Translations under genes and position numbers: made by a program
Source: an uncultured Saprospiraceae bacterium
GTDB taxonomy: Bacteria > Bacteroidota > Bacteroidia > Chitinophagales > Saprospiraceae
NCBI GenBank assembly: GCA_964389985.1
Contig: CAYMGR010000002.1
Span: 1 to 33,075, forward strand
Direction: 5' to 3'
DNA: 33,075 nucleotides
Shown: piece by piece, positions 8,033 through 16,971 of the stretch
How the letters are laid out: each line of letters starts with the position of its first letter
How positions within the stretch are numbered: position 1 is the stretch's first letter
The notes under the pieces: model-generated
What the model was told of the DNA's origin: nothing
Seen by the model: the letters and a program-made list of their open reading frames with translations, nothing else
The model's database searches: none

Positions 8033-8721
8033 TATGAATTAAATTGATCTGATTCTATTTTGCCATCTCGCAATTTTACAATACGATGCGCATATTTGGC
8101 GATATCATTTTCATGAGTGACCAGGATAATCGTATTGCCATTCTTATGTATTTTATCCAAGATGGCCATGATTTCTTCACTTGTTTTTGTATCGAGATTC
8201 CCTGTAGGTTCATCCGCCAGTATGATCGCTGGGTTATTTACCAAAGCCCTTGCAATAGCCACACGTTGTCTTTGACCTCCTGATAGTTCGTTTGGCTTGT
8301 GCATCACCCGATCTGCCAAGCCCACCTGGCTTAACTTTTCAAGAGCGATCCCTTCTCGATCTACTTTGTTCATACCGGCATAAATAAGAGGCATGGCCAC
8401 ATTCTCCAGTGCAGACATCCGGGGTAATAAATTAAAGGTTTGAAAAACAAAACCTATTTCTTTATTTCTAATTTCAGCTAATTCATTATCTGTCAGTAGG
8501 CTGACTAGTTGGTCATTTAATAAATAGGTCCCCTCAGTTGGAGTATCCAAACAACCAATGAGGTTCATTAAAGTTGATTTTCCACTACCAGAAGGCCCCA
8601 TCAGCGCTAAATATTCATTTTTTGCAATATCCAGTTGAATCCCTTTGATGGCATCAATGCGTTCATCTCCCATCCAATAGGTTTTCTTGAGATCCCGGAG
8701 CTCAATAATATTTTTTGACAT
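8032..8721 (-). CDS. ABC transporter ATP-binding protein (LolD/MacB/FtsE-like subfamily)
   Basis: 229 aa. Walker [11 protein letters not shown]-loop, signature [15 protein letters not shown], Walker [13 protein letters not shown]-loop VTHE. Confidence 0.93.
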   Translation of the reverse strand: MSKNIIELRDLKKTYWMGDERIDAIKGIQLDIAKNEYLALMGPSGSGKSTLMNLIGCLDTPTEGTYLLNDQLVSLLTDNELAEIRNKEIGFVFQTFNLLPRMSALENVAMPLIYAGMNKVDREGIALEKLSQVGLADRVMHKPNELSGGQRQRVAIARALVNNPAIILADEPTGNLDTKTSEEIMAILDKIHKNGNTIILVTHENDIAKYAHRIVKLRDGKIESDQFNS

Positions 8722-8738
8722 GATTAGGCTGTTTATTA

Positions 8739-8746
8739 CAAAATTA
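8739..8746 (-). promoter_or_regulatory. -7 promoter box TAATTTTG for the ABC ATPase / adenosyltransferase operon
   Basis: Exact TAnnTTTG on the minus strand, 17 nt upstream of ATG 8721. Confidence 0.5.
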
Positions 8747-8962
8747 ACGAATACACTTCAACGAATCTAAATCAGAAATACAGATTCATCCTGCAAATTT
8801 GGGCTTTTCAATTAACAAAATACAAGGAATTCGAACATCGGGTTTGTTTTAAGTACCAATTAAACAATTTTAACGATTAATCAATAAATACAATCCGGAT
8901 TTATTAGCCAATAGCCTAATCTTTTATGTAAAAACATTAATTTGCAGATTCAAATTGATCCA

Positions 8963-9580
8963 ATGAAACATATAGCTATCGCCGGAAATATTGGAGCAGG
9001 TAAAACCACCCTCTGTGAGTTGCTTTCAAAACAATTTTCCTGGGATGTATTGTATGAAGACACCAGTATCAATCCGTATTTGAGTGATTTTTATTACGAT
9101 ATGCCTAGATGGGCCTTTAATTTACAAGTTTATTTCCTGAATAGCCGGTTTCAACAAATAGTCGAAATCCAAAAAGGAAACTCTACTGTAATTCAAGACC
9201 GAACCATTTATGAGGATGCTCATATATTTGCTCCAAACCTTCATGAAATGGGTTTGATGTCTAAACGGGATTTTGATAATTATTTTTCCTTATTCCAAAT
9301 TATGATGAGTACGATCAAGGCACCTGATTTATTGATCTATTTAAAAGCATCGATCCCGACCTTAGTCAACCACATTCAATTAAGAGGACGGGATTATGAA
9401 GGCAATATGAGTTTAGATTATTTAAAAAAACTAAATCAACGATACGAACATTGGATTTCTGAATTCAATCAAAGTCCTGTCATCATTGTAAATACGGATG
9501 AACTCGATTTTATCAATAATCCGGAGCACTTTGGAAAAATAATAACTGATGTCAGTTCTCAAATTTATGGCCTTTTTTAG
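8963..9580 (+). CDS. Deoxynucleoside kinase (dCK/dGK family)
   Basis: P-loop AGNIGAGKTT, DRTIYED (DRS/ERS-type) motif and an Arg-rich lid (LRGRDYE). The track ORF begins at TTG 8942; the ATG at 8963 (MKHIAIAGNIGAGKTT) is the more typical N-terminus. Confidence 0.9.
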   Translation: MKHIAIAGNIGAGKTTLCELLSKQFSWDVLYEDTSINPYLSDFYYDMPRWAFNLQVYFLNSRFQQIVEIQKGNSTVIQDRTIYEDAHIFAPNLHEMGLMSKRDFDNYFSLFQIMMSTIKAPDLLIYLKASIPTLVNHIQLRGRDYEGNMSLDYLKKLNQRYEHWISEFNQSPVIIVNTDELDFINNPEHFGKIITDVSSQIYGLF

Positions 9581-9621
9581 CAAACTTCCATGAACGAGAA
9601 AGATCTTAGTTAATGAACCGT

Positions 9622-10575
9622 TTAAAGGACATCTTTTCGTTTAAAAAACCATATGAGAAGCATGCTCAATCCAAGTGAAAAAATAATCACTAAGTAAAAA
9701 GAAACCCAAGAACTTCCTAAACTCAACGGCATGGGTACATTCATGCCGAAAAAACTAGCCACCAAGGTTGGGACCATTAAAATAACCGTAATTACTGTCA
9801 GTCGATTAATAAATTTATTTAAATTATTAGATATTATTGAAGCATAGGCTTCCATGGTACCGCTTAGTATGTTTGTATATAATTGGGCCACTTCACGTGC
9901 CTGATTATTATCGACTATAATATCTTCAAATAATTCACTAAGTTCTTCATTATCTTTTACAGCAATAAAATCTGTACGCTTCATTTTCAATTTTAGAAGT
10001 TCATTGGCACTTAATGAGTTTACAAAGTAGACCAGACTCTTTTCAATTCGCAACAAACTTTGTAATTCAGCACTCCGACTTGAATGATACAGCTCTTGTT
10101 CAATTAAGTTGCGCCGCATGTTGAGTTTCTTTAAATACTCCAAAAACAACCTTACATTTTGCTCGAAAATCTGAAGAATAAAAAACGTTTCGTTTTGTGG
10201 GTTAAAGTTTTTTACTTTTTTATCTATAAATTTATCAAGGACTGGGTTTTCAACACTGCATATTGAAATTATTTTTCCTTGACAAAGTACAATACCCATA
10301 GGAACTGTTATAAATATAGGTTCATTTTCTTTATCTGATTCATTAATGACTGGGGTATTAAAGATGATACTTCGTGCTTCATCATATTTCTCATACCGAG
10401 CCCTTTCTTCAACGTCTAAAGGGTCTGTAATAAAATCAGATTCAATACCTAGTTTGGCTGCAAATTCATCTAATTCACCAAATTCAAAAGGTGGACTAAT
10501 ATTAATCCATAAGGAATCTTCCAAATTGAATACTTCCTCGCAGATATTCTGTGAAACTGCATAATAACGGATCAT
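9622..10575 (-). CDS. corA: CorA-family magnesium/cobalt transporter
   Basis: 317 aa. Cytoplasmic alpha/beta and coiled-coil domain followed by two C-terminal TM helices carrying the GMN signature (FFGMNVP). Confidence 0.9.
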   Translation of the reverse strand: MIRYYAVSQNICEEVFNLEDSLWINISPPFEFGELDEFAAKLGIESDFITDPLDVEERARYEKYDEARSIIFNTPVINESDKENEPIFITVPMGIVLCQGKIISICSVENPVLDKFIDKKVKNFNPQNETFFILQIFEQNVRLFLEYLKKLNMRRNLIEQELYHSSRSAELQSLLRIEKSLVYFVNSLSANELLKLKMKRTDFIAVKDNEELSELFEDIIVDNNQAREVAQLYTNILSGTMEAYASIISNNLNKFINRLTVITVILMVPTLVASFFGMNVPMPLSLGSSWVSFYLVIIFSLGLSMLLIWFFKRKDVL

Positions 10576-10759
10576 CGCTTGAAAGTTCGATTAACATGAT
10601 ATGAATTAGAATACTGAATTTTTAGAGTTGCTAAATTACATGAATCTATACAATTATTCACTAAATTAGGGATTAAATCGTTTAAATTCCATAAATTCAA
10701 TTATGGGCGATATTTATTAAATTACCTATCTGCATTTTACATATTTTAGAAATTATATC

Positions 10760-12004
10760 CTATCGAAATTTCAATGCCTTAACAGGTTTTATAGATTGAA
10801 TAATTAAACTTGGAATGGTCATACTAATGATAATGACTACAAAAAAGAGCACATTCAAAAAAAGTACAGGTCCTAGATTTAAATCAACCGGAACATATGA
10901 CAAGTAGTAATCGCTCTCGCTCAAACGGATTATCTGAAATTTTTTTTGAATCACACACAAGCCAAATCCGATCAAATTCCCGATCAAAATACTCCACAGT
11001 AAAATCCGTGCTGCATACCTTAAAAAGATTTTACGCTGATCCCATCGCTGCATGCCTAACACCGTTAATATACCAATCATGTGGGTCCTCTCCAGGATTA
11101 GTATCATCAGGGTGGTTGCCATATTAATTAGACAAACGGATAAGATTAAGAATAATATAAAATGCTTATTCGTGTCTTGCAAAGCAAGCCACTCAAAAAT
11201 ATTAGGAAATTTTGAACGAATGGTCTCAGAATACCAATCTAAGGGTAGCATATTATTATAAATATATTCATTAACCAACTCTGTTTGATTCAACTCCTTA
11301 CAAAACAATTCGAGACCTGTTACTTCCCCTTCATGTTTTTTCATAATTTGTTGCAATAGTTTAATATCCACTAATCCAAAACGTCTATCATACTCCCCTA
11401 AGCCCGTATTATAAACGCCAACAACTTTAACTTTGCGCTTTAAATGCTCATTGTCTACTATAAAATTTAAAATTAAGGATTGGCCAGTATCCACTCCAAG
11501 TCGTTGTGCCGTCTCTTCAGATAGTAATATTTGTCGAACCCAGGATGTATCATTTAATGTCAAAATATGGCCCTTCTTTAAGAACTCTTTAAAAAATTTC
11601 CAATCAAAATCCTGACCTAAGCCTTTAAGAAATAGACCCTCAAAATCTGAATTTGAACCTGCAATAGTAGGATAAATTAAAAATTGCTGGACATGTCTTA
11701 CGGGAGCAGATTCCATTCCAGGAGGAATGACCGATTGCAGGGTATCCAGAAATCCTTTATTAAGTTTTATGGTAATGGGCTCTAAACTGCGATTGGATTG
11801 AATATCCGTAATGTGAATATGACCCCAAAAGCCAAAAACTTTTTGGGCGATCTCCTTTTGAAAACCATTAAAAATACTTTGAGATATAATCATAACACTT
11901 AAACTCAAAGCGGTTGCTATGATAGACAATCGAATAATACTTCTGGTAAAGGATTTTCTAAAACTTGAAAAGGTTTTTTTTGAAATATATGCGCTTAAAT
12001 CCAT
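10760..12004 (-). CDS. ABC transporter permease, FtsX/LolC/LolE-like
   Basis: N-terminal TM helix, a large periplasmic (MacB-type) domain and a C-terminal three-helix FtsX-like bundle (…LILERTHMIGILTVLGM…). The longest ORF starts at TTG 12025. The ATG at 12002-12004 (MDLSAYISKK…) aligns better with typical LolC/E N-termini. Confidence 0.88.
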   Translation of the reverse strand: MDLSAYISKKTFSSFRKSFTRSIIRLSIIATALSLSVMIISQSIFNGFQKEIAQKVFGFWGHIHITDIQSNRSLEPITIKLNKGFLDTLQSVIPPGMESAPVRHVQQFLIYPTIAGSNSDFEGLFLKGLGQDFDWKFFKEFLKKGHILTLNDTSWVRQILLSEETAQRLGVDTGQSLILNFIVDNEHLKRKVKVVGVYNTGLGEYDRRFGLVDIKLLQQIMKKHEGEVTGLELFCKELNQTELVNEYIYNNMLPLDWYSETIRSKFPNIFEWLALQDTNKHFILFLILSVCLINMATTLMILILERTHMIGILTVLGMQRWDQRKIFLRYAARILLWSILIGNLIGFGLCVIQKKFQIIRLSESDYYLSYVPVDLNLGPVLFLNVLFFVVIIISMTIPSLIIQSIKPVKALKFR

Positions 12005-12045
12005 AATGTTGGGATCCAGATTCAAGCTTTCTCCCTGAAAACTTG

Positions 12046-12053
12046 TAATTTTG
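12046..12053 (+). promoter_or_regulatory. -7 promoter box TAATTTTG for tyrS
   Basis: Exact TAnnTTTG, 10 nt upstream of ATG 12064 and 25 nt upstream of ATG 12079. Confidence 0.5.
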
Positions 12054-12061
12054 CAAACTTA
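12054..12061 (-). promoter_or_regulatory. -7 promoter box TAAGTTTG for the LolC/E-like permease gene
   Basis: Exact TAnnTTTG on the minus strand, directly abutting the tyrS box. Together they form the near-palindrome GTAATTTTGCAAACTTAC. Confidence 0.45.
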
Positions 12062-12063
12062 CA

Positions 12064-13365
12064 ATGAATAATTTGAGTATGCAAAAATTAGGGTTTTTAG
12101 ACGAATTGAAATGGCGTAATATGTTGCATGATTTTACTCCTGGGTTAGAAGCCTATTTATCAGAAGGCATCCGATCAGCCTATATTGGATTCGATCCTAC
12201 TGCCAAGTCCTTAGGACTTGGTAATTATGTTCAAATTATGCTTTTAAGTTTATTTCAGCGCGCCGGACATCAACCGATCGTTGTTATGGGTGGAGCCACT
12301 GGAAGAATTGGGGATCCATCAGGAAAAGATAAAGAACGCGAGTTAAAAACCTATCAAGAACTCGATGAAAATATCCAATTTCAAATAAAACAATTAAAAC
12401 AATTATTAAATTTTGATGAAGGCCCAAATAAAGCGATACTAGTAAACAATTTCGACTTTTATAAAGACATGAACGTAATTGATTTTCTAAGAGATGTTGG
12501 AAAACACACAACCGTCAATTACATGCTTTCGAAAGAGTCCGTTAAAAAAAGACTTGAAACCGGAATTTCTTATACTGAGTTTTCTTACCAATTATTGCAA
12601 GCATATGATTTTTATTGTTTATACAAGACATTTAATTGCAGAATCCAAATGGGGGGATCTGATCAATGGGGAAATATTACTGCTGGTACTGAATACATTG
12701 GAAAAGTGGAATCAAACGCTAAGGCCTATGCTGTCACTACACCTTTATTAACTAAATCAGACGGTAAAAAATTTGGTAAATCTGAGACTGGGAATATTTT
12801 TCTGGATCCTACCATGACCAGTCCCTATAAATTTTACCAGTTTTGGATCAATTCTGATGATGCAGATTTGCCCAAATTGTTTAGATATTTTAGTTTAAAA
12901 TCCAGGCAAGAGATTGAAGAACTTGAATTAAACTATGGGGATGATTTACGACATTTAAAAAAAGTATTAGCTGAAGAAATTACAATAAGAGTGCATGGTT
13001 CAAAAGCCTATGCTTCAGCATTACAAGTTTCTGAATTACTTTTTAATAAAGATTGTACAGCCAGCTTTCTACTGTCCTTAGAACAAAATACATTCCATCA
13101 ATTAAAAGAAGAGCTTCCCAATTTTACCCTTTCCAGAAACCAATTAGAAAACAATAAATCTGTTTTGAGTTTGCTAGCAGAACATACTTCAATTGTAAGT
13201 TCAAAATCCGAAGCACGAAGAGCAATTCAGGGTCAAGCCATTTCGATTAATAAGATTAAGATCCATGATTTGGAAGCACAGATCCATGCCAATGATCTTA
13301 TCCATAATAAATATTTAATCGTTGACAATGGTAAAAAGAATAAATATTTAATAGAGGTCCAATAA
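12064..13365 (+). CDS. tyrS: Tyrosine--tRNA ligase
   Basis: GFDPTA… N-terminal Rossmann fold, GGATGRIGDPSGK, GGSDQWGNI, the KMSKS-equivalent KFGKS and a C-terminal S4-like domain. The HIGH position reads GLGN (see findings). An alternative ATG at 12079 (MQKLGFLDELKWRN) is possible. Confidence 0.93.
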   Translation: MNNLSMQKLGFLDELKWRNMLHDFTPGLEAYLSEGIRSAYIGFDPTAKSLGLGNYVQIMLLSLFQRAGHQPIVVMGGATGRIGDPSGKDKERELKTYQELDENIQFQIKQLKQLLNFDEGPNKAILVNNFDFYKDMNVIDFLRDVGKHTTVNYMLSKESVKKRLETGISYTEFSYQLLQAYDFYCLYKTFNCRIQMGGSDQWGNITAGTEYIGKVESNAKAYAVTTPLLTKSDGKKFGKSETGNIFLDPTMTSPYKFYQFWINSDDADLPKLFRYFSLKSRQEIEELELNYGDDLRHLKKVLAEEITIRVHGSKAYASALQVSELLFNKDCTASFLLSLEQNTFHQLKEELPNFTLSRNQLENNKSVLSLLAEHTSIVSSKSEARRAIQGQAISINKIKIHDLEAQIHANDLIHNKYLIVDNGKKNKYLIEVQ

Positions 13366-13372
13366 AATAAAT

Positions 13373-14629
13373 ATGGATATTGGCAAAGATCGACTAAAGA
13401 CTATTTTTAGTAATGGGCTACTAGGTAAAAAAAATAAAATTCCAATATCCTTTACACAATTAGAACGCGCGGCTTCCAAAAAACTGCCTAAAGAATTTTT
13501 TGAGTATATTTATACAGGAGCCGGCACGAATCAAGGCGTAGCTAACAATACCATTTCATTTAAGCGTTATAGAATCAAACCACCTGTTTTGAGAGGATGC
13601 GAAACACCTCAACTTCAAACAAAGCTTCTAAATTACACCTCTCCGCTCCCACTCTTTTTTTCACCCGTTGGCGTTTTAGAACTCGCCCATCCAAACGCTG
13701 ATCTTGAATTGGCTCATGCTGCTACAAATACAAAATTAACAATGGTTTCCTCCAATCAAGCTTCTATAAATTTGGAGGAATGCTCCAAAGTGCTTGGTTC
13801 GACCAATCACTGGTTCCAACTTTACTTTAGCAAATCCAAAAAATTAGTAGAAAGCTTTGTCCAACGTGCAGAATCATCCGCATGCAGTGCGATTGTCCTC
13901 ACGCTTGATACAACCACACTTGGATGGCGTACAATGGATCTGGACAATGCGTTTCTCCCCTTTATTTATGGCAAAGGTTTGGCTCAATATACTTCAGATC
14001 CGATCTTCAACCAATTAATGGAGGATAAGCTGTATGCGCAACCGAATCATTCTAAAACCATTAAACCCAATCTATTTAAGTCCTTACAAATTTTAAAATC
14101 TTATCCTGATTCCATTTATCACAATTTTGTAAGCAAAAAACCCATGAAGGCAATTCGTTGCTTCCTCGACATTTATTCAAATCCTCATTTGAATTGGGAT
14201 GATGTGGCTTGGTTAAAATCGATTACTAAACTTCCAATTATTTTGAAAGGAATTCTCCGGGAAGATGATGCATTAAAAGCCATGGAATCAGGCATGGATG
14301 GCATCATCGTGTCCAATCATGGAGGTAGGCAGATGGATCAAGTTCAATCAAGTATTGATGCGTTACCTCGTATTAAACGGGTAGTGCCTGCCGATTTTCC
14401 TTTATTTTTAGATAGTGGAATACGTACAGGATTAGATATTTTTATTGCATTGGCATTAGGTGCAAAAGCTGTTGGACTAGGAAGACCCTATGTTTATTCA
14501 TTAGCGCTAGCAGGCCATAAAGGCATTGAAGAATGCATAGAAAATCTAGCTTCAGAGCTTTCCATTATAATGAGTTTATGCGGATGTAAAACGATTCAGG
14601 ACATTCATCCAGACTATCTTGAATGTTAA
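13373..14629 (+). CDS. FMN-dependent alpha-hydroxy-acid oxidase/dehydrogenase (lactate 2-monooxygenase-like, long loop-4 insertion)
   Basis: 418-aa TIM-barrel flavoenzyme. Motifs include WFQLY, TLDT, PIILKGI, the catalytic VSNHGGRQ and DSGIRTG.DI.KALALGA. Lies 7 nt downstream of tyrS. Confidence 0.88.
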   Translation: MDIGKDRLKTIFSNGLLGKKNKIPISFTQLERAASKKLPKEFFEYIYTGAGTNQGVANNTISFKRYRIKPPVLRGCETPQLQTKLLNYTSPLPLFFSPVGVLELAHPNADLELAHAATNTKLTMVSSNQASINLEECSKVLGSTNHWFQLYFSKSKKLVESFVQRAESSACSAIVLTLDTTTLGWRTMDLDNAFLPFIYGKGLAQYTSDPIFNQLMEDKLYAQPNHSKTIKPNLFKSLQILKSYPDSIYHNFVSKKPMKAIRCFLDIYSNPHLNWDDVAWLKSITKLPIILKGILREDDALKAMESGMDGIIVSNHGGRQMDQVQSSIDALPRIKRVVPADFPLFLDSGIRTGLDIFIALALGAKAVGLGRPYVYSLALAGHKGIEECIENLASELSIIMSLCGCKTIQDIHPDYLEC

Positions 14630-14636
14630 TTGCTGA

Positions 14637-15224
14637 TTATTTGCAACGAGCATTTACTATAAATTTTAAGGAAGCTGAATTCATACAATAGCGCAGACCA
14701 GTTGGTTGAGGACCATCGTCAAAAACATGACCCAAATGCCCTTTGCATCGAGCACAAAGCACTTCCGTTCGAGACATACCATAATCATTATCGGAAATTT
14801 TAGAAACGACTCGCTCTTCAATTGGTTTTGTAAAACTTGGCCAACCGGTCCCAGATTCAAATTTGTAATCTGAGTCAAACAGTGGAAGACTACAGGCATT
14901 GCAAACATAAATTCCGAGTTGATGATTATCCCAATAGTTTCCGGTAAAAGCTCTTTCTGTTCCCTTTTCACGCATTACGTGAAAGACCAATGGCTCTAAT
15001 TTATTTTTCCAATCACTTTCACTAAATTCAACCGGCATGATCTGAGCAGGAATTTTAATGATTGAATCTTTAAGGGAATCGACACCTTGTCTTTCATCTT
15101 TAGAAGTTAGGGGCTGTCGATTGGTTGATTGACACGCAAGGTGACTAGCCATTAAAATGAATAACAGGTAAATCAATTTAAGATTCATCTTCGATTTTTT
15201 TGTTTTGATTAATTGCGATTTCAA
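14637..15224 (-). CDS. msrB: Peptide-methionine (R)-S-oxide reductase MsrB, exported form
   Basis: The SelR domain has two zinc CxxC pairs (CNAC, CARC), GTGWPSF and the catalytic RYCMNS. It is preceded by a signal or lipoprotein-like peptide ([19 protein letters not shown]) and a linker of about 55 aa. The start may be ATG 15186-15188 rather than 15224. Confidence 0.92.
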   Translation of the reverse strand: MKSQLIKTKKSKMNLKLIYLLFILMASHLACQSTNRQPLTSKDERQGVDSLKDSIIKIPAQIMPVEFSESDWKNKLEPLVFHVMREKGTERAFTGNYWDNHQLGIYVCNACSLPLFDSDYKFESGTGWPSFTKPIEERVVSKISDNDYGMSRTEVLCARCKGHLGHVFDDGPQPTGLRYCMNSASLKFIVNARCK

Positions 15225-15618
15225 CTATTTTACGGACCAGATTAATAATCGTAATAAAAACGATGTAGACAATACTAAATACGGTAATAATCCAGGAATA
15301 CGTATCCACTTCAAATACTGATTTGCCCGAAATACTGGAGTTCAACGCTACAAAGAGAACCAAACATGCCAGATAAGTATAGATTGAATTTCTAAAATAA
15401 TGAAGCTTGTCTTGGGTGGTAAAACTAAATACACTATTGATTAGAATAAAAAAAAGCAGCAATGCCGTACCAAAAAGCCAACAATAATTAATTAAATAAA
15501 TTTCTGAAGAAAACCATTCCATCACTTTCAACATGGCAAGTGCCAAAAAAAACAAGGCCCCTACAAATAGACCTTGATAGATCGGCTTGATGGAATAGTT
15601 GAATATAGATTTATCCAT
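15178..15618 (-). CDS. Hypothetical integral membrane protein (about 4 TM helices)
   Basis: 146-aa ORF lying between rimO (3-nt gap) and msrB (overlapping its start). Four hydrophobic segments and a charged C-terminal tail. No family recognised. Confidence 0.65.
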   Translation of the reverse strand: MDKSIFNYSIKPIYQGLFVGALFFLALAMLKVMEWFSSEIYLINYCWLFGTALLLFFILINSVFSFTTQDKLHYFRNSIYTYLACLVLFVALNSSISGKSVFEVDTYSWIITVFSIVYIVFITIINLVRKIVEIAINQNKKIEDES

Positions 15619-15621
15619 ACC

Positions 15622-16971
15622 CTAAACGATTAATTCCGCAGTTAAATCATATGCATCTGCTTGGACCACCTTCACATTAATGAAATCACCTATTCGAAGG
15701 TAATGCTCATTTGATGCTTTAATAAAAACCTCATTATCTACCTCAGGACTATCAAATTCTGTTCTACCAATGAAATGTCCGTCTTCCTTTCGATCTATCA
15801 GCACTCTGAATTCTTTATTGATTTTTTGTTGATTATGCTCCAGGCTTATAGATTCCTGGATAGCCATCAATTCAGATGCACGAAATTCTTTTAAATCATC
15901 GGGAACTGTTTCCATTAATTCATAAGCACTGGTGTCTTCTTCATGAGAATATTGAAATACTCCCATCCGCTCAAATTGCATTTCTTTAACAAATTCACAT
16001 AATTCCTTGAAATCATCTTCAGTTTCTCCTGGAAATCCCAACAAAAAAGTGGTCCGTATATGGATTCCTGGTACACGTTCTCGAATGGTTTTAACAAGTT
16101 GAACGGTCTCTTCTTTTGTAATTTGTCGTTTCATTCCTGCTAGAACCTGGTTTGAAACATGCTGCAGGGGCAGGTCTAAATAATTACAAATTTTAGGCTC
16201 CTCCCGAATCACATCCAATATATCCAATGGAAACTTTGAAGGGTAGGCATAATGTAATCGAATCCACTCAATTCCATCAATTTCAACCAATTTTCGAAGC
16301 AATTCATTTAGGGATCTTCGCTTGTATAAATCTAATCCATAATAAGTCAATTCCTGAGCAATTAAGATAAGTTCTTTTACTCCATAACTAGCCAAATGCT
16401 TCGCTTGCTTACATAAATCTTCTATAGGAATTGACTTATGAGCTCCCCTCATAAGGGGAATAGCACAAAAACTGCAAGTCCTGTTGCAGCCTTCGGAGAT
16501 TTTTAGATATGCATAATGTGATGGGGTCGAAATAATCCGTTCTCCAATCAACTCTTTTTTATAATCCGCATTGAGCTTCGCAAGCAATCCCGGCATCTCC
16601 ATTGTTCCAAAAAACGCATCTACTTCGGGAATCTCCTCTTCCAAATTTTCTCTATATCGTTGGGATAAACATCCGGTAACATATAATTTATTAAGGTATC
16701 CCTTTTGCTTCAAATCTGCATATTCCATTATAGTATTGATGGATTCCTCTTTGGCCCGATCAATAAAACCACAGGTGTTAATGATAACTGTAGGGGCAAT
16801 TTCATCTACAGGATTGTGTTCCACCTCAAGTTGGTTGTGCTTTAATTGAGTGATGAGATTTTCAGAATCGACCCAGTTTTTTGAACAACCGAGGGTTACA
16901 ATCTGAATTTTATTAGATATTTGTTTCTTGGTTTTCAGATAAACGTTTAGACAAAGATAATAAGATACCAA
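15622..16971 (-). CDS. rimO: Ribosomal protein S12 methylthiotransferase RimO
   Basis: N-terminal MTTase domain (IVTLGCSKN…NTCGF), radical-SAM CNRTCSFCAIP and a C-terminal TRAM domain. The N-terminal region has no in-frame ATG or GTG. The track start is TTG 16969-16971 (see finding on the start codon). Confidence 0.93.
   Translation of the reverse strand: MVSYYLCLNVYLKTKKQISNKIQIVTLGCSKNWVDSENLITQLKHNQLEVEHNPVDEIAPTVIINTCGFIDRAKEESINTIMEYADLKQKGYLNKLYVTGCLSQRYRENLEEEIPEVDAFFGTMEMPGLLAKLNADYKKELIGERIISTPSHYAYLKISEGCNRTCSFCAIPLMRGAHKSIPIEDLCKQAKHLASYGVKELILIAQELTYYGLDLYKRRSLNELLRKLVEIDGIEWIRLHYAYPSKFPLDILDVIREEPKICNYLDLPLQHVSNQVLAGMKRQITKEETVQLVKTIRERVPGIHIRTTFLLGFPGETEDDFKELCEFVKEMQFERMGVFQYSHEEDTSAYELMETVPDDLKEFRASELMAIQESISLEHNQQKINKEFRVLIDRKEDGHFIGRTEFDSPEVDNEVFIKASNEHYLRIGDFINVKVVQADAYDLTAELIV
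16952..16959 (-). promoter_or_regulatory. Possible -7 box TATCTTTG inside the 5' extension of the rimO ORF
   Basis: Exact TAnnTTTG on the minus strand. It lies downstream of the TTG start (16971) and 13 nt upstream of an in-frame CTG (16936-16938). Confidence 0.35.

Noticed and set aside
8892-8901. Perfect 10-nt palindrome AATCCGGATT about 60 nt upstream of the deoxynucleoside kinase start, as a possible operator
   Set aside because: Perfect 10-nt palindromes are expected many times by chance in 33 kb of AT-rich DNA. It does not extend and is not repeated elsewhere in the window, so I have no basis for a regulatory call.
9622-10575. CorA as a possible CRISPR type III / CBASS-style membrane effector
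   Set aside because: There are no cas genes, cyclase, nuclease partners or repeats nearby. The protein has the ordinary full-length CorA architecture with the GMN motif, consistent with a housekeeping Mg/Co transporter.
8032-12025. LolD-like ATPase and LolC/E-like permease separated by dNK and corA, as a possible disrupted operon or insertion
   Set aside because: The intervening genes are intact housekeeping genes with no mobile-element signatures, flanking repeats or visible compositional shift. Each ABC gene has its own -7 box. Dispersed Lol/MacB-type components are common in this phylum.
14681-14971. 96-aa ORF nested in msrB on the same strand in another frame. Similar nested or antisense ORFs occur at 4472-4750, 16571-16849, 25826-26095, 21211-21429 and 31929-32186.
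   Set aside because: Each is embedded in a gene whose primary frame has unambiguous catalytic motifs. None has an independent promoter box or a recognisable sequence, so I treat them as frame artefacts.
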